A stretch of 63,998 bases of DNA, counting the filler, from Ionaspis alba (Eukaryota), in NCBI GenBank assembly GCA_964255285.1. It is 8 parts of 8 records of this genome, joined end to end, with 100 filler letters (N's around TTAATTAATTAA, not from the genome) between each part and the next. Parts side by side here need not be neighbours in the genome. Positions count along the whole stretch, not along the records: positions 1 to 8,215 come from CAXUUL010000764.1; positions 8,316 to 16,456 come from CAXUUL010000766.1; 6 more parts are not named here. The stretch is one strand, 5' to 3'. Below are positions 1-12,876 of this stretch, piece by piece. Within the stretch, counting starts at the first letter, position 1; each line of letters opens with the position of its first letter. The notes below the pieces were generated by a model, which ran no database searches, had not been told where the DNA came from, and saw nothing but the letters and a program-made list of their open reading frames with translations. Made by a program: the position numbers and the translations under genes.

Positions 1-304
1 TGTATGGAGCGAGATACTGCATGTTTGTTGATATGACCACTGTCACTAAGCACTCCATGTATACTGCTTACACAAACTGTGCTGCTGCAATATTCATGGT
101 GTCACCAAGTTTGCCGCCCACATGATATGTTCTCTATAAATCTTCTTGGGGTCTTCGACGGAGTGCACGTCGCATTCGTACCTTTCTTTGTCTTCATTAT
201 TGTGTTCTAGAGCTTGCAATATCTATCTAGCTGTATTTTCCCTAACACGAGTCAATCGCAACCTAGGCTGAAGCACAACCCTCTGTCTTAGAACAGCGTT
301 GACA

Positions 305-1336
305 ATGGACGTGATGCAGCATGGAAGATTCGGTCACCGGCCTGTGCGATTGGTACTTCCGAGGAGATACTTCGACGTGGATCCCGCTGTCCTGACGACC
401 TATCTACCCTTGTTCATGGCAGCACCGATAGACCCAATGCGAGATCTTGTACATTTGTCCAAACGTCGACATGGTATGAATGAGAAGGCGTTCACCTACA
501 TCTTCCTATATCTCGAGGAAATCAGTCGCCTCAACATCTCAGACACACTGAACCAATCGCTGGAGAAGTTCTGGAAGCGATATCGTCAACACGACAAAGG
601 GTATGGTGGGTGGGGATACAAGAGGATTGGACAGCTTTTCTACGCCTTGTGTGATACCCTCAGCCGGGATATGTTCGGCTGTAACGCCGAGATTGCTGGT
701 ATCATGTCGAACTTCTTCGCTCGACACTGCGACGAACTGATGCGACACGACCCGATGGCGGCACTGGGCATGGCACTTGCCCTCCAAGACCTACCCCTGC
801 CAGCAACGAACGCTCTGGCCTGCATTTTGCAGCATAAAGATGGCGCTTATCGAATCTTTCGGGATTTGGAAACGCTCCAGCGCAGGGGTGAGGGCGGCCT
901 AGTCACACCAGAAGCGTTGGCCACGATAGAGGCACTGTTATCACTTGATGATCATCGTCTTAAGTCTGGAAGTCTAGTACCAGTTCGGCAACAGAGCTCG
1001 TCCGTGAAACTTTACGACCAATTGGGCCGAGCCCAAAAGTATATCAAAGGAAGTCGAATGACCACGAGGCAGCTGCAACAATTGTGTCTGGCAGCCCCTG
1101 AACGATTGCTTGTCAAGCGGGGCAGCTCACGTCATGAATGGGACGAAGAGAACGAATTCCTCGACCTGGACGATGAGCTCAGCAGTGATGATGAGGGTGA
1201 TCACCACTTCGGTCGTCGGCGTCGCCGAGGATATGGACGAGCATTGCCGTTCGATGAAGGCTTTGGAGACCCAAGACGGCTTGGAGTCTATCCGATGGGC
1301 GGACCAATGGATCAGAGACGACGTGCTCTCATGTGA
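305..1336 (+). CDS. Hypothetical protein (~343 aa), intronless, acidic and Arg-rich C-terminal tail
   Basis: Long open frame from ATG 305 with protein-like composition; no family motif recognised. Confidence 0.6.
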   Translation: MDVMQHGRFGHRPVRLVLPRRYFDVDPAVLTTYLPLFMAAPIDPMRDLVHLSKRRHGMNEKAFTYIFLYLEEISRLNISDTLNQSLEKFWKRYRQHDKGYGGWGYKRIGQLFYALCDTLSRDMFGCNAEIAGIMSNFFARHCDELMRHDPMAALGMALALQDLPLPATNALACILQHKDGAYRIFRDLETLQRRGEGGLVTPEALATIEALLSLDDHRLKSGSLVPVRQQSSSVKLYDQLGRAQKYIKGSRMTTRQLQQLCLAAPERLLVKRGSSRHEWDEENEFLDLDDELSSDDEGDHHFGRRRRRGYGRALPFDEGFGDPRRLGVYPMGGPMDQRRRALM

Positions 1337-1743
1337 TTGCGGATGATTGGCGAGTTGAAGGTAAAGATGATATTTTACCTATTTTTGAGTTCGAGAGATT
1401 TTGAGGCGGTCTCCTTTGCTTTTTGTGACAACTTTTAGTCGCTTAGTAGAGTTTGCTGCACTGTTTGTGCTTAGGATGCCTAAAGGCCGCCTAGTTCAGA
1501 GTCCTATGACCTGGAAGGTCGATAGAACTCACTATATAAAAATGCGGATTTTCGGCCACAGTCTGAAACTTCGCAAACCATGCAATTTTCCGTGGAATCG
1601 ATCATCTAAACCAAACACTCCATTCCATTCCCGTATCCCTCTGTCCAATGAACTATCAATCAAGAACTTCTGTCCAAGTACCAACAAACGCGAATGCCTT
1701 ATAAGCATAACCAACAATTCTCACAGGCACCCGAGCCCCAAAA

Positions 1744-3053
1744 TCAAGGCCACCCGCCCACCCCCCTCCCCTCCTTCGGCCACCCCTGCGGCAACGTCGA
1801 AAAAGGCGGCAACGTATACCTCCCCTCACAAGTCTCCACCGTACACTTCAAATCGCAAAGCCCCCACGTATCACAATAGCACTTCTCCGCCGGCGGACAG
1901 TGCACTGCTTCCTTCCCAAAAATCATATGCCACGAATACTCCATAATACGTCCACTGACATAATCCTCCAACTCCGTATCCAGCAACCAGGTCCTGAAGC
2001 GCTCGTAATCGCTCTTTGGCCGTTGCCGGATTTGGTGGGCTGTGACGGCGAATTGGGCACAGCAGCCTACACCGATGACGGGAGGAATGGGGACGCCAGG
2101 GAAGAGGATAGCAAAGGCGGGGCCGTAATACGTTTCTGTTGTTGGGGTTGAGGAGGGCGCGCGCGAGGGCACGATCTCGGCGGGGCAGCCTAGGGTGTGG
2201 CAGCAGCGGAGGTTGACGTAGCCGGAGGCATGGACGTGGGAGAGGCGCAGGTTGACGAGGGGTGGTATGCCGTCTGTGGAAAGAGGAGAGGTATTAGCTT
2301 GGGGAGGGAGACAGAGAGGAGGGGAAGGGATTACCGTATATGGGGTCGTCGTTATGCCACTGGTAGCGGGTGCTATGGTGGAAGATGGTTATGTTCGGGA
2401 GGTTGTCGTAGTTGTCGATAATGAAGCTGTTTTCGGAGCGTCAGCCATACTTTCTTCGCTCTAAACTCGCAGTCTCCTTCGTCCGGTCTCCTTCGCCAGG
2501 TCTCCGTAGGCATTGTTGTCGTCCGAATCGATTCTCGCTCTCCTTCCGTTCTCCCTCTGCAGCCCTTCTCTCATATTGAGGTTACGTACCTCAAATAAAC
2601 CATTCCCTCCCTCCCCTTGTTCTTCGGTATCCTCAATCCTTGCTTCCCTCCATCTTCCAATGCCTCGCCATCAGACACATAGATCGCCCGCTCCCAATCC
2701 GGCAGTATTCCTTCCAGCCAGCTCGTATCCTCGTGCTTAAGACTCGCAATCACCAGCGCGTTGCCTCTGGTTTTCTGCCCTTCTGTCGACAATTCTAAGG
2801 CTACCCCTTTCTCCTTGTTCTCAATCGCGTGAGATTGGGGACTCTCCCCAACTCCTTGTGTTTCACTAGCAATTTCTGCGCCGCTCACAGCAATTCCACC
2901 GGCGATCTCCCCAGCGTGCTTCTCCACCTCTCCTAGCAGCGCCTCCTGCTGTTTCTTTTGTGTCCATAACGAGTAGGCGGCGAGGGAGACGGTAGCGAGG
3001 AGTGTGACTCGGAGAAGCCAGCGGATGGTGAGGCGTTCGACGCGGGAGGGCAT
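1744..3053 (-). CDS. DUF3431-family protein with N-terminal membrane anchor (3 exons)
   Basis: Exons ~3053-2590, 2426-2335, ~2273-1744 splice into KNKGREGMVYL-SFIIDNYDNLP...RYQWHNDD...GYVNLRC...CCAQFAVT...SGRIMEYSWHMIFG, the typical DUF3431 motifs. Confidence 0.85.
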
Positions 3054-3468
3054 GGCATGGTGCGGAATGTGTGGAGGTGAGGAATGCGGAAAACGTGACG
3101 AGCGTGTAGATGGGAAGGAACTAAGTCATGTAGAAGAAAATTATACAGAACAATCGGCGTCTCAAGGCCGGAAAGAACAGAAAGATTTATGGGCGAGTGC
3201 TTTAGAGAAGTCTGATATGTGTTCAGTGATTCGTGGTCTTGCGGGAGAAGGAGCGGCTCGAACTTGGGGCATTGGCATGTTACAATCTGAGACTAGTAGC
3301 ACGAAGATTTGCAAAATCGCAGAATTACACGTGGATTTTTCAGTGGAGTTTCCCAAAGAGATCTAGATACTGGAGAAGATAAGGTACACAAATCTAAGCA
3401 GCATCCAGTCCCCACAGCATCCATCAATCCTCCACATCAAGCACTCCTCCCACCCCGGAACATATCCC

Positions 3469-4749
3469 TCAAGGATTCGCCTTAACAAAAGCAACACCCT
3501 TCTCAATATTCGTCTTCAAATCCTTCAGCGCAGCATCCAAAAGCCCCTGCTCATGCGCACTAATTTTCCCCACCGGCAAAATCTCTTTCACGCCATCCGG
3601 TCCCAACTCCACCCTCGACGCAAAGAACTCCACGCCCTGATCCTTGTACAACGGACTATCCACAAAAGTCGGCTCCACCACGCCCTTCTGTCCCTGCGCA
3701 GCCTTCAACAAGCTCTCTGCAAACCGCGCCCCAGCCATCGCCATGGACAATGTCGCTGACCCAGCTCCGTCTTTCGCTTTGACTACCTCGTCGCCGCCGA
3801 ATTGCACGCGGTAGACGAAGTCGTCGAGGGTTTTGCCTGAGATGTCGCCGTGAGAGGTCTGCGAGAGGAGGGGTACGATGGTTACGCCGGAGTGGCCGCC
3901 TACGACGGGGACGACCTCGTTGGCGGGGTCTGTGGAGGCAATTTCGGAGACGAAGCGAGAGGCTCGGACTACGTCCAGGGTGGTGACGCCGAAGAGGCGC
4001 TTGGGGTTGTAGACGCCTTTGCGTTTGAAGACTTCGGCGCAGATGGGGACGGTTGAGTTGACCTGGGAAGAGGGATCATGTTAGAACATCAGAGAGTAGG
4101 TTAGGGAAATGGGTGATCTGGCTTACGGGGTTAGAAATGACGAGGATGTTAGCATTTGGTGCGGAGTCGGCGGCGGCTTTTGCTAGGTCGCGGACGATGG
4201 AGGCATTGGTGTTGAACAGGTCTAGAAAGTTATGAGTATGCTTGCTTGCTGGCCAATGACATGTTTGTTGAAGAAACTCACCATCACGGGTCATGCCAGG
4301 CTTTCGGGGAACACCAGCAGGGATGAGAACGATCTCAGCACCCGTAAGGGCTTCCCTGAGACCTGTGGCATCTGGCTTGTAGCCCTTGACAGTGCTCTTT
4401 GTGTTGATGTGACTTATATCAGCGGCAACACCTAAGTTCGTGTGAGCACCAGATCTTAATGGAGTATACTCGATTGATGTTCATACCTGGGCCTCCTCGA
4501 ATGTCGTAAAGGGCAAGCTCAGTCACCCGAGGGTTCAGCTTCATCAACAGCGACAGAGGTTGCCCAATACCTCCTGCAGCACCTAGGACTGTGACTTTAG
4601 AGAGCTGAGTACAGGCATTAGCAATTGGCACCCTCGACAAATATATCGCTCAAGTCAATGCAAGTCGCAGAAGGGGGTTTCACCTGGCTGGCTGAGGCCG
4701 AGAAGGCTCGTCGCTGCATAGCTCCGAAAAGCTGTCTTGAAGCAATCAT
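3469..4749 (-). CDS. MDH1: Mitochondrial malate dehydrogenase (multi-exon)
   Basis: Presequence [88 protein letters not shown]. Confidence 0.97.
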
Positions 4750-7439
4750 GATGTGGGTATTGACAAGTTATAGTGACAGAGTGAATTTGGGATATCGACG
4801 ATGATAGGTGAATGCGGTCGAATGGATCGAAAGGTCGTGTTGGACAGCTCAGGGAGCTTTCGGCACATTGGAGCGCTAAGGTTTTTTTATTTTAGTCCAT
4901 TAGGTTTGCATGGGGTGCAAACAGCACTGAGGCTCCATCGCTCAAGGTTTCGTCTCCTTGCAATTGAGTTTTTTACTTCACTTTTCTCCACTATTGTTTA
5001 CCAGAATTGAATATGGTGGCTACAATACTTGAAATATGGACTCAGATCCCTAAACAATTTGTATACCTTGTCCTCCATTATTCCACACGACCAATTCTAC
5101 CAGAAGTGGACACGGCGACGAACGAGGGTATGCTTTGACAGAGCATATAAAAACGCTTCGGATTGAGCAGCTCGATCGACTCGTGGCTAGCACCAAGCGT
5201 GCAGTAATGTTTCTCATGAGCCTCCGAGGAGGGCGCGGCGCAATCTCGATATCGCCAGACTATCCTGGTGCCGCGACCTCCCAAGTTGAGGCATGCTAGT
5301 ATCGCAGAATATCTTGCACTCAGAATCTTCTCCCATCCCAGACTGTATCTTCGAAGGACAGGTATGATAAGGACCACTGTCTGAGATCAACGAACTTGGG
5401 CCAGAAACATTGCGGCTCATGAGTCCACCCAGCAGATGATTGAGAAAGTGGCTCTGCAAATTTGCAATACTGCTTCACGGATCTTCGACTAGGCACAAGA
5501 CATTCAATTTGCTGATACAAGAAGATCGGGAGAGAATAATCCTCACTATCTATCGATGACCTTCTGGTCCATCAGAAGCTCAGCTTGTATTGTTGGTAGC
5601 TGAGCACAATCTCCTGTGAATGAAGCATGAGATCGTTGATAGAATACAAACTAGGCGAACAAAACTTCGTCGGAGCCCCAGTCCAAAGTACTGGAGCAGC
5701 AAACCTGTTTCTCCTTGGAAATGCCGAATGGGCCGTCTAGTTACCAATTTTCCATTCGTGGATACCGCGGACTCTGAAAAGTGCATGTCACCGCCAGAAG
5801 TAGCGTAGAACGGGTATCATGGTGGTTAAGACCGGCTTCGCAGGAAATCACGGCCGTAACTAAGGCATGAACAAAGAGAATGTGCTCCCCTCATAAGATT
5901 GCGATGGCGGAGAGCAACATGAAGAAGCACAGACAATCAAGCTTCATGCGATCATTTGGACTGACTTTGCCGAGACACTCAAGAAAGAAGAGTAATGGAG
6001 AAATCGATGAGAGGAATTGTGGCAAAGAACTGTGAGAACGCCAGACCGTAGCCACCGTCATTCACGAACGAGATTCCAGTGGAAAGGATATCACATCCCA
6101 ACAGTGCTCTAAGCAATCGTGTTCCGATGTGTTTCCCCAGCTAGCTATTCGAGGATCGACAAATGTTTGCCTGAGGCTCGAAATTCCGCATGATTGCTAG
6201 CAGCAAACCCGGGACGTCCCGATGGTAGATCAAGAACAGGGAATAATCTGACAGCGCTAGAGAATCAACTTCTCGGATCGAGGTATTGGAACACAGCATA
6301 CCAGCACGCCATTCTTGCACAATCAGGCAATGTAAGTTGGACGAGCATCAGAAGCCAAGAACGGCGAACAAGGTCATCTTGTCAAATCCAGAAGCAGAGC
6401 TGGAAGTTCAGCTTGGACAGCCTTTTGCACTCCGGATATATCTGCACCCGGTGCCCAAAACAGAGGACCAAGAGCCCCCTCGCCAGTCCCACTGAACCAG
6501 TCGATGCCAGCATCCTCCCTCTTGCAGCTCAATGACCACCCTAATGCAAGTCGCCGGAGTCCTGTACAGCGATCCACCACAATCATCTTGGATTGCAGGA
6601 CTCTTACAGACAGAGGGCAAGGCCGATAGCCGGAGCAGTTCGCACACGACTGAACAAAGGAAAAAACAAGATTGATGACGGTGAGGTGAGAAGAGAAATG
6701 TTAGAGTTTGCGCGAGGGACATGGTTCAGCAGCCAGTAGATGCGGATATCGGAGGTTTTGGCTTTTGCCGCCGTAGGAGATGCTTGCGGGCTTTGGACGC
6801 ATGAGATCGCAGAGACAGGGACTCGGGGTTCTGATTGCTGAAGGAACAGGCACTTGTAGGGAAGATGCAATTATTGAAGTCGAGGCAATATCGCCACCTG
6901 TGGAACATTGGCAGAGTTCGTGATGAACTCGTTCAGCTTGCACGATGCAGCTGTGGATGGAGAGTAGGCATACTGGTAAGCATATCAGGGCAAAGGGAGT
7001 GGATGAGAATAAATCCTCGCCGGAGCTCGATGGAGTCTAGCGCGGTGAGTATTTCCAGATGGAGGCATTGAGGCGCTTGCCACAAAGTATAAACTCTTCT
7101 GCTTTGGGCCTCTGTACACTGTCGCACGAGACCAGAGGCACTCAATCACGACCAATCGCACCCTGTCAGTGGTGAAAGAGTTCTCCGATCGGATCTCCCG
7201 TCACCGGGCGTGGCTTTTCACTTAAACTTCCACGACGACTTCTCGAAAGAAGCTTGTTTAGTCAAACACCGAAAAAGAAAACACTAACGATCCGATCATC
7301 CTTAATAATCAACTACATGTTTTGATTCGATCCTGCGACACTGGTGAATGTTACCTTGCTTGGCTGAAGCAAACTAAAGTTGCCTCTTTTCCTTCCCCCT
7401 CCAAAGGCGCCCCTATTCTGGCTGTTGGGGAGCCCGTAC

Positions 7440-7459
7440 AGTAGTAGTAGTAGTAGTAG
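7440..7459. repeat. (AGT)n microsatellite
   Basis: agtagtagtagtagtagtag. Confidence 0.8.
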
Positions 7460-7559
7460 GTGGATTACGAGGTCGTAGTGGCGGAGCCCTGGTCGCTGTA
7501 ACCCATCCCTCCCTACCCCTTCTTTGGCCCTACGTACCCTATGTAACATACGGCTCGGT

Positions 7560-7583
7560 TGATGATGATGATGATGATGATGA
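7560..7583. repeat. (GAT)n microsatellite
   Basis: tgatgatgatgatgatgatgatga. Confidence 0.85.
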
Positions 7584-8215
7584 AGGGCAACAGCGAGTTT
7601 GACATCACTACGGGCCGCTATTCGGGCGGACAACATACAACAAGGGATGATTGTTTTGAAATAGGAATGGTACGTACTCTTCGGAGAAGGGTTCGATCGG
7701 GTGAGGTGAAGCAATCATCAGCCTCGGGGGGGTTTGTTGAGACGAATTGTCGGGCGGCACGCCTGACAAGGGGATTCTTTTTGTCGCATCGTTGTTGTTG
7801 AGAGATGTGGCCAGAGCTTGTAAAGCAGCGACAAGCGACCATTATTGAGGCTACGACGATGTCAGCTACACAGCAGACAGAGAGACACAGAGAAAGATCG
7901 ACTAGGGCTGGCCGGCTGGCCCCCCGTTCCTTGCCTCCTCAGCCACGTTGAGCCGTTCGGACAAGGCAGAAAGGGAAGAAACGACTGGTGTTTCGCGGCT
8001 GTAGAGAGTATGCAGAAGCTCCGAGCCGTGGTTGAGAACTTCTTCGACCATCATCGAGGCCTCATAGGCGCGAGAGAAAGGGAGAGTAGACTTGGGGAGG
8101 ATTGTTTGGACGTGTATGGAGTGCGGTATCATACTGTAGCGACAGGATGAGGCCAGGTTGTCACACATACTTCATACTGTAACTCCTGCCTTCCTTCCTT
8201 CCTTTGCGCTCCTGG

Positions 8216-8315
8216 NNNNNNNNNNNNNNNNNNNNNNNNNNNNNNNNNNNNNNNNNNNNTTAATTAATTAANNNNNNNNNNNNNNNNNNNNNNNNNNNNN
8301 NNNNNNNNNNNNNNN
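8216..8315. other. Artificial contig-joining linker (N44-TTAATTAATTAA-N44)
   Basis: Six-frame stop linker; same 100-nt block recurs at 16457, 24692, 32926, 41149, 49370 and 57584. Confidence 0.99.
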
Positions 8316-9436
8316 CACCCACACCTTCCCCACCTCCACCTCAGATAAGCTCTCAACTCCTTATCTAGCGGTAACACTCTGGTCCACTCCCCCTTCCGCT
8401 CCTCCTCCAATGCCTCAGACGTGACCTCCACAGGCATACCCCCTCCCAACCCTCTCAACTCATCTCTGCAAAAAATGCGCCAACTATCCAGCGCATACGC
8501 TCCAATAGAAGGCAGATGCCCAATCTCCCACGCAGCTCTCTGATCACCATCATCGACGAATTCCACACTCTTCGGAATATCCGCGCCATCGCCCTTACAC
8601 GGATACCCCAGTTTCCGAAACCTCTTCCCCTTGACCGGCGGCACGTCCACCCACGCCTTAGCAAGCTTGATAATCCTCTCCGCACGCCGATTTTGAAATC
8701 CCAGTCCGTGTATCAAAGCCGTCAGCTCCTCCTGCTTAGCCTCGGCAAGATCCTCGGGAGTAGGCCACCTCTCGAAGACTTTCCAGCAGATGGGCATGGC
8801 GACGGAGCCACGGGTTTTATTGAGGAAGGTGACGGCTATGAGGAGACGGAAGGGGTCGTGGCGGAGGCGTTCTTGGACGAGACCGAAAGAGGGGGAGGAG
8901 AAGGGTGGGAAAGGGATGCTTGATACTTTGGGTTGAGGTGATGGAGGGAAGAAGGGGGAGGTGAGAGATGTGCGTTTTGAGTCTTTTGGGAGGGGTTTGG
9001 TGGCGAAGAAGGTGGAGGTTTTGGTGGTGGATTTGCGGCGCGGTTTGAGTTGTGGGGTGGGGACTTTGCCTGACTGAGATGATGTTGATTCTGTGTTTGA
9101 CTGGGAGAGGGAAGGAGAATAAAGTCTTAAACCAGGGTTCTTTGTTTTGCGTCGTCGACTAGTTGTAAGTGGATCGGTCGCCCTCTTTGCGACTGGCGAA
9201 GGCATCGAAGGACTTGATCTGAGGCTCGACAGCGGGCTGCTTGTGCAGCTTCCATTTCCTGGAGTTGACGAAAGGATTCCCAATGCGGGTTGCCCTATCT
9301 CGAGGGAAGAGTCTCTCTCCCGAGAATAGGCCACTGAGCATGTCGCATTCGACTGTTCCAAGACCGCATCACTCTGCCAAGAACCTAGAGGGGTCTCTTT
9401 TCTCTTCTCAGACACTCCCTCATCGGCAGCGGTCAT
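8316..9436 (-). CDS. MBD4-like HhH-GPD DNA glycosylase, 3'-truncated by contig end; start uncertain (possible upstream exon ~9621-9445)
   Basis: LVQERLRHDPFRLLIAVTFLNKT...WPTPEDLAEA...LGFQNRRA...HLPSIGAYALDSWRIFC; long Ser/Lys-rich disordered N-terminus. Confidence 0.85.
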
Positions 9437-10380
9437 GCTTACAGAATCATTGGAAAGTGAAAACCCGCTACTCTTGGTTCATCGATCGTCCTGGGCTTCG
9501 TCCGCCGCTTCTTCTGGTAACTAATGCTCTGATTGGGTTGGTCATTGAGCCTCTTCTTCCTGTTTCTAGATTTCTTTGTCGTTGCCGGTTCCTCTGGTTT
9601 CTCCTTATTCGCGGCTTCCATCGTGGTGACCGTAGATGCCTAGCTTCTGATAACACTCTGCTGAAAAATAGATCAACATGAATGCATAACAAAATGATAG
9701 ATGGTGTCCCAGCGACTGACAAATATGAGGATGATATATGTAAGTAGTGATCTTTGTGGTAGCTAAATGTTCATTCGGAAGAGAGCAGCAACAAGAAGCT
9801 ACCACCTCAACTCTGAACATCCTAATGAATGGAAGCTTTGTCCCCAAAGACAACGCAGCGATGGAAGCAAATACGGCTAGTTATAAGGAGAGCTTGACAA
9901 CAAGCAAGTAGCGAGGAAAGTAGAGAAAGGTGCTATGTCTCTCTGCTCCATCGCAATGCCCGCAGCTCTCCAGACCAACACAGTTGAGCTGGCGGTCGAC
10001 GGAGCACATTTTCAGTTCAGAACACTAGCGTTACAATACGCCAAGACTTTTAGTGCAATTCATAATTCAAGTATAAATACATGCTGGCTAGCTCGCTCAC
10101 AAGTCGACTGCAATAGGTGAGACTTGATAATCAACATCGTCCCACAGGCATGGCGAGGAGATCATGGAAGTGCAGTTGTGTTACTATCCCGGGGAGGTCA
10201 AGAGAAGTTTACTGTGAAGACAGATTCGATTGATCCTTCTAAAGAGGTGGCAATCTAAGTGTAAAATAACAACAATCATCAGATACCTCGTGCCTGCAAA
10301 ACAACTTCTCTCCCAGCAAACAGACAAGCAGCACCACAAAAACCCCCAGAGGTATCTAAGAACGAACCTAAAGCCACAGT

Positions 10381-12365
10381 CTAACCGTGCTTGAATGTTG
10401 CCTTCTCACTCTCCATCTCATTTTGATGCGCATTGGCATCAAGAGACATGTGTCGAGCAGCACCCGACTGGCTGGCACGTCTCGGAAGCCCAGTCTCAGG
10501 GTCAACAACGGAGTGACCACGCTGAGCAGCCTGGACGAGATCGGGATTCTGCTCCTTGAGGATGGCGAAGTTCTTCTCGGCCTCCCAGTTCCAGATGCTG
10601 TCGGAAGCGAAGAGAAGATTCATTTCCTCGAGCGTGCGCTGGTTGGACTCGGGGTAGAGGGCCCAGACCATGGGAATGGTGATCAAGTTGCAGGCGGCGA
10701 AGATGTAGAAGGTGTTTTCGTTGAGAGAGTGGAACATGACTGGGCAAAGGAGCACCTGCGAGATAGCGAGTTAGTGAAGCCATCTCCGAAGAGAAAGTAG
10801 TTTGTATGGTACTCACCAGCCAGCCGTTTCCGACAGACCATCCAACGACACCCCATGCGTTACCCTTAGCTCGGACTTCGAGAGGGAAGATCTCGGCAGG
10901 GTAGAGCCATGGGACAGTAAGCCAGGTGGCTCCAAAGGTGAAGGTGAAGATGAACACCATAGCGACGGCTGCGTTGCCGACAGCTTTGTTGCCTTGGGAG
11001 CCAATCCTACAGAAGATGGCGAGAAGCAACATGGCAATACCCTGAAGCACGGAGCCATAGTAGAGAGTCCAGCGACGACCGATACGATCGAGTGTGAACA
11101 CACAGATGAGAGTTGAGAACTGCGACCGGTATTAGCGTGATGATGAGACAGGATAAAATCGGTAGAGAGAACCGCATACCATGTAGAGGATGTTGTTCAG
11201 ACCAGCAACCCACTGAACGTTCGCATGGGTGATACCTGCAATGGAGAAAATAGTCGGGCCATAAATAGTCACACCAGCGATACCAATCCATTCCTGCATG
11301 ATCTGGAGCCAAACGACGAGCTGCACGCGACGACCAGTGTGGAGCTTGCCAGATCCGATACCGAAAAGCATATGGAAGTAAGAGTTCCTCTTTGCAGTCT
11401 TGCGTTCGAGTTCAGCGGAGTTGCGGATATCCTCGAATTCAGCTTGAGCTCGGCCCAGATCAGCACCGGTCTCTCCTCGAAGGCGTCCGAGAACGTAACG
11501 AGCTTCTTCTTCGCGGCCAACTTTGACGAGCCATCGAGGGGACTCAGGAAATCCCCAGACGATGATGAAGAGGAAGATGAGTGGAATGATCTGGAAGGCA
11601 ATGGGGAATCGCCAGACGAAGGAAGAAGACCCGTCACCGTAGAATGAGCAGCCACTGCAGCACGATGTCAGTTATGGCAATCTCGGGATTGTTCAAGAGC
11701 GGTGAGATGTACTATTCGAGCCAGTAAGCGACGACCACACCGAAGATGTTCAAAGTGAATTCAATGGCGATGAATTGACCACGAGAAGTGTGCTCGGCAG
11801 TTTCGGTGGCCCACACAGGCACAATAGCGTTCAAAATACCAGTTCCCCATCCGTTGATGAGACGAGCTGTGCCGAATTGTCAGTATTGCGTGCTTGACTT
11901 CGTCTGCAAAACGATAATGTCTTACCAAAGATCATCCACGTGTGGTTCTGAGCAGAGGTTTGCAGACTAGCACCGAAGACGGCCCAGGCAGCTCCGAAGG
12001 CGATCGTCTTGATACGACCAAAGCGATCACCGAAGGAACCACCGACAAGACATCCGATCAAGGTACCGAGATAGTAAATAGCACCCTGAAACCATTAGTC
12101 CAGATACCCAAAAAAGTGGCTGTCGAGATTGACGTACAATTCCACCTTGGAGCAGGGGATCCTGAATATCGGGACTTCCGTCCGGCTTCTGGACTCCGAA
12201 CTTCATGGTATTCTGATAGTAGTCCACGGCGTTGTTGACTCCACCCATCATACCCTGATCATAACCGAAGAAGAAAATGGACAAGCCGGCCACGCAGTTG
12301 ATGGCGATGAGAAGACTGCGCTTCTCCAGCTTGTGGACCACATTGTACTTGGGAATGATGTCCAT
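10381..12365 (-). CDS. MFS sugar porter (STL1-like sugar/polyol:H+ symporter), multi-exon
   Basis: FFGYDQGMMGG, GDRFGR, PESPRWL, QIMQEWIGI, DRIGRR, PWLYPAEIFP and YPES motifs across spliced exons. Confidence 0.93.
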
Positions 12366-12776
12366 GTTGGTGGCAGGACGATGCCAGGAAGGTGTGATGC
12401 AATCAGGGAAGAATACGTGAGAAGAGTAGTAGATGAATGAGATTTCGTCAATGCTCCTCTAGCCCACCGATCCAAGCGAGTCACAGTTGAGACCCTACTT
12501 CTTTGGTACTCGGAGAGAGATGCACAATGGAAGAGATGCGAGGGCGAAGGGGAAAAGGGAAAGAGTAGATCTTATATGAGGGTTTCGAGGAATCCATTAC
12601 AGAGAGGGTAGATCCGCATATCCTGGGCCCATGTATCGCTGCAACGAGGCTGCTTGGGGTATCTAGTGCATCTGCGGCCGACATGGATGCAGCGACAAGA
12701 GAGTGAGTGTCAAACGCGGAGCTATGGTGAGCAGATTCGATTGGCTGCGCAAAGAGACCAACCCGTAAAGTCTGAG

Positions 12777-12876
12777 NNNNNNNNNNNNNNNNNNNNNNNN
12801 NNNNNNNNNNNNNNNNNNNNNNNNNNNNNNNNNNNNNNNNNNNNNNNNNNNNNNNNNNNNNNNNNNNNNNNNNNNN
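12777..12876. other. 100-N scaffold gap
   Basis: Run of 100 N; same type at 35920, 47649, 51728 and 59482. Confidence 0.98.

Noticed and set aside
5078..5950. Possible secreted-protein gene on the minus strand (MKLDCLCFFMLLSAIAIL*)
   Set aside because: Immediate stop; no consistent spliced frame or motif could be built
7313..7801. Poly-His/poly-Met ORFs
   Set aside because: Translation by-products of the (GAT)n and (AGT)n microsatellites
8260..8271. TTAATTAATTAA palindrome recurring every ~8.2 kb as a biological repeat or piggyBac-type target
   Set aside because: Always centred in N runs; it is a standard six-frame stop linker
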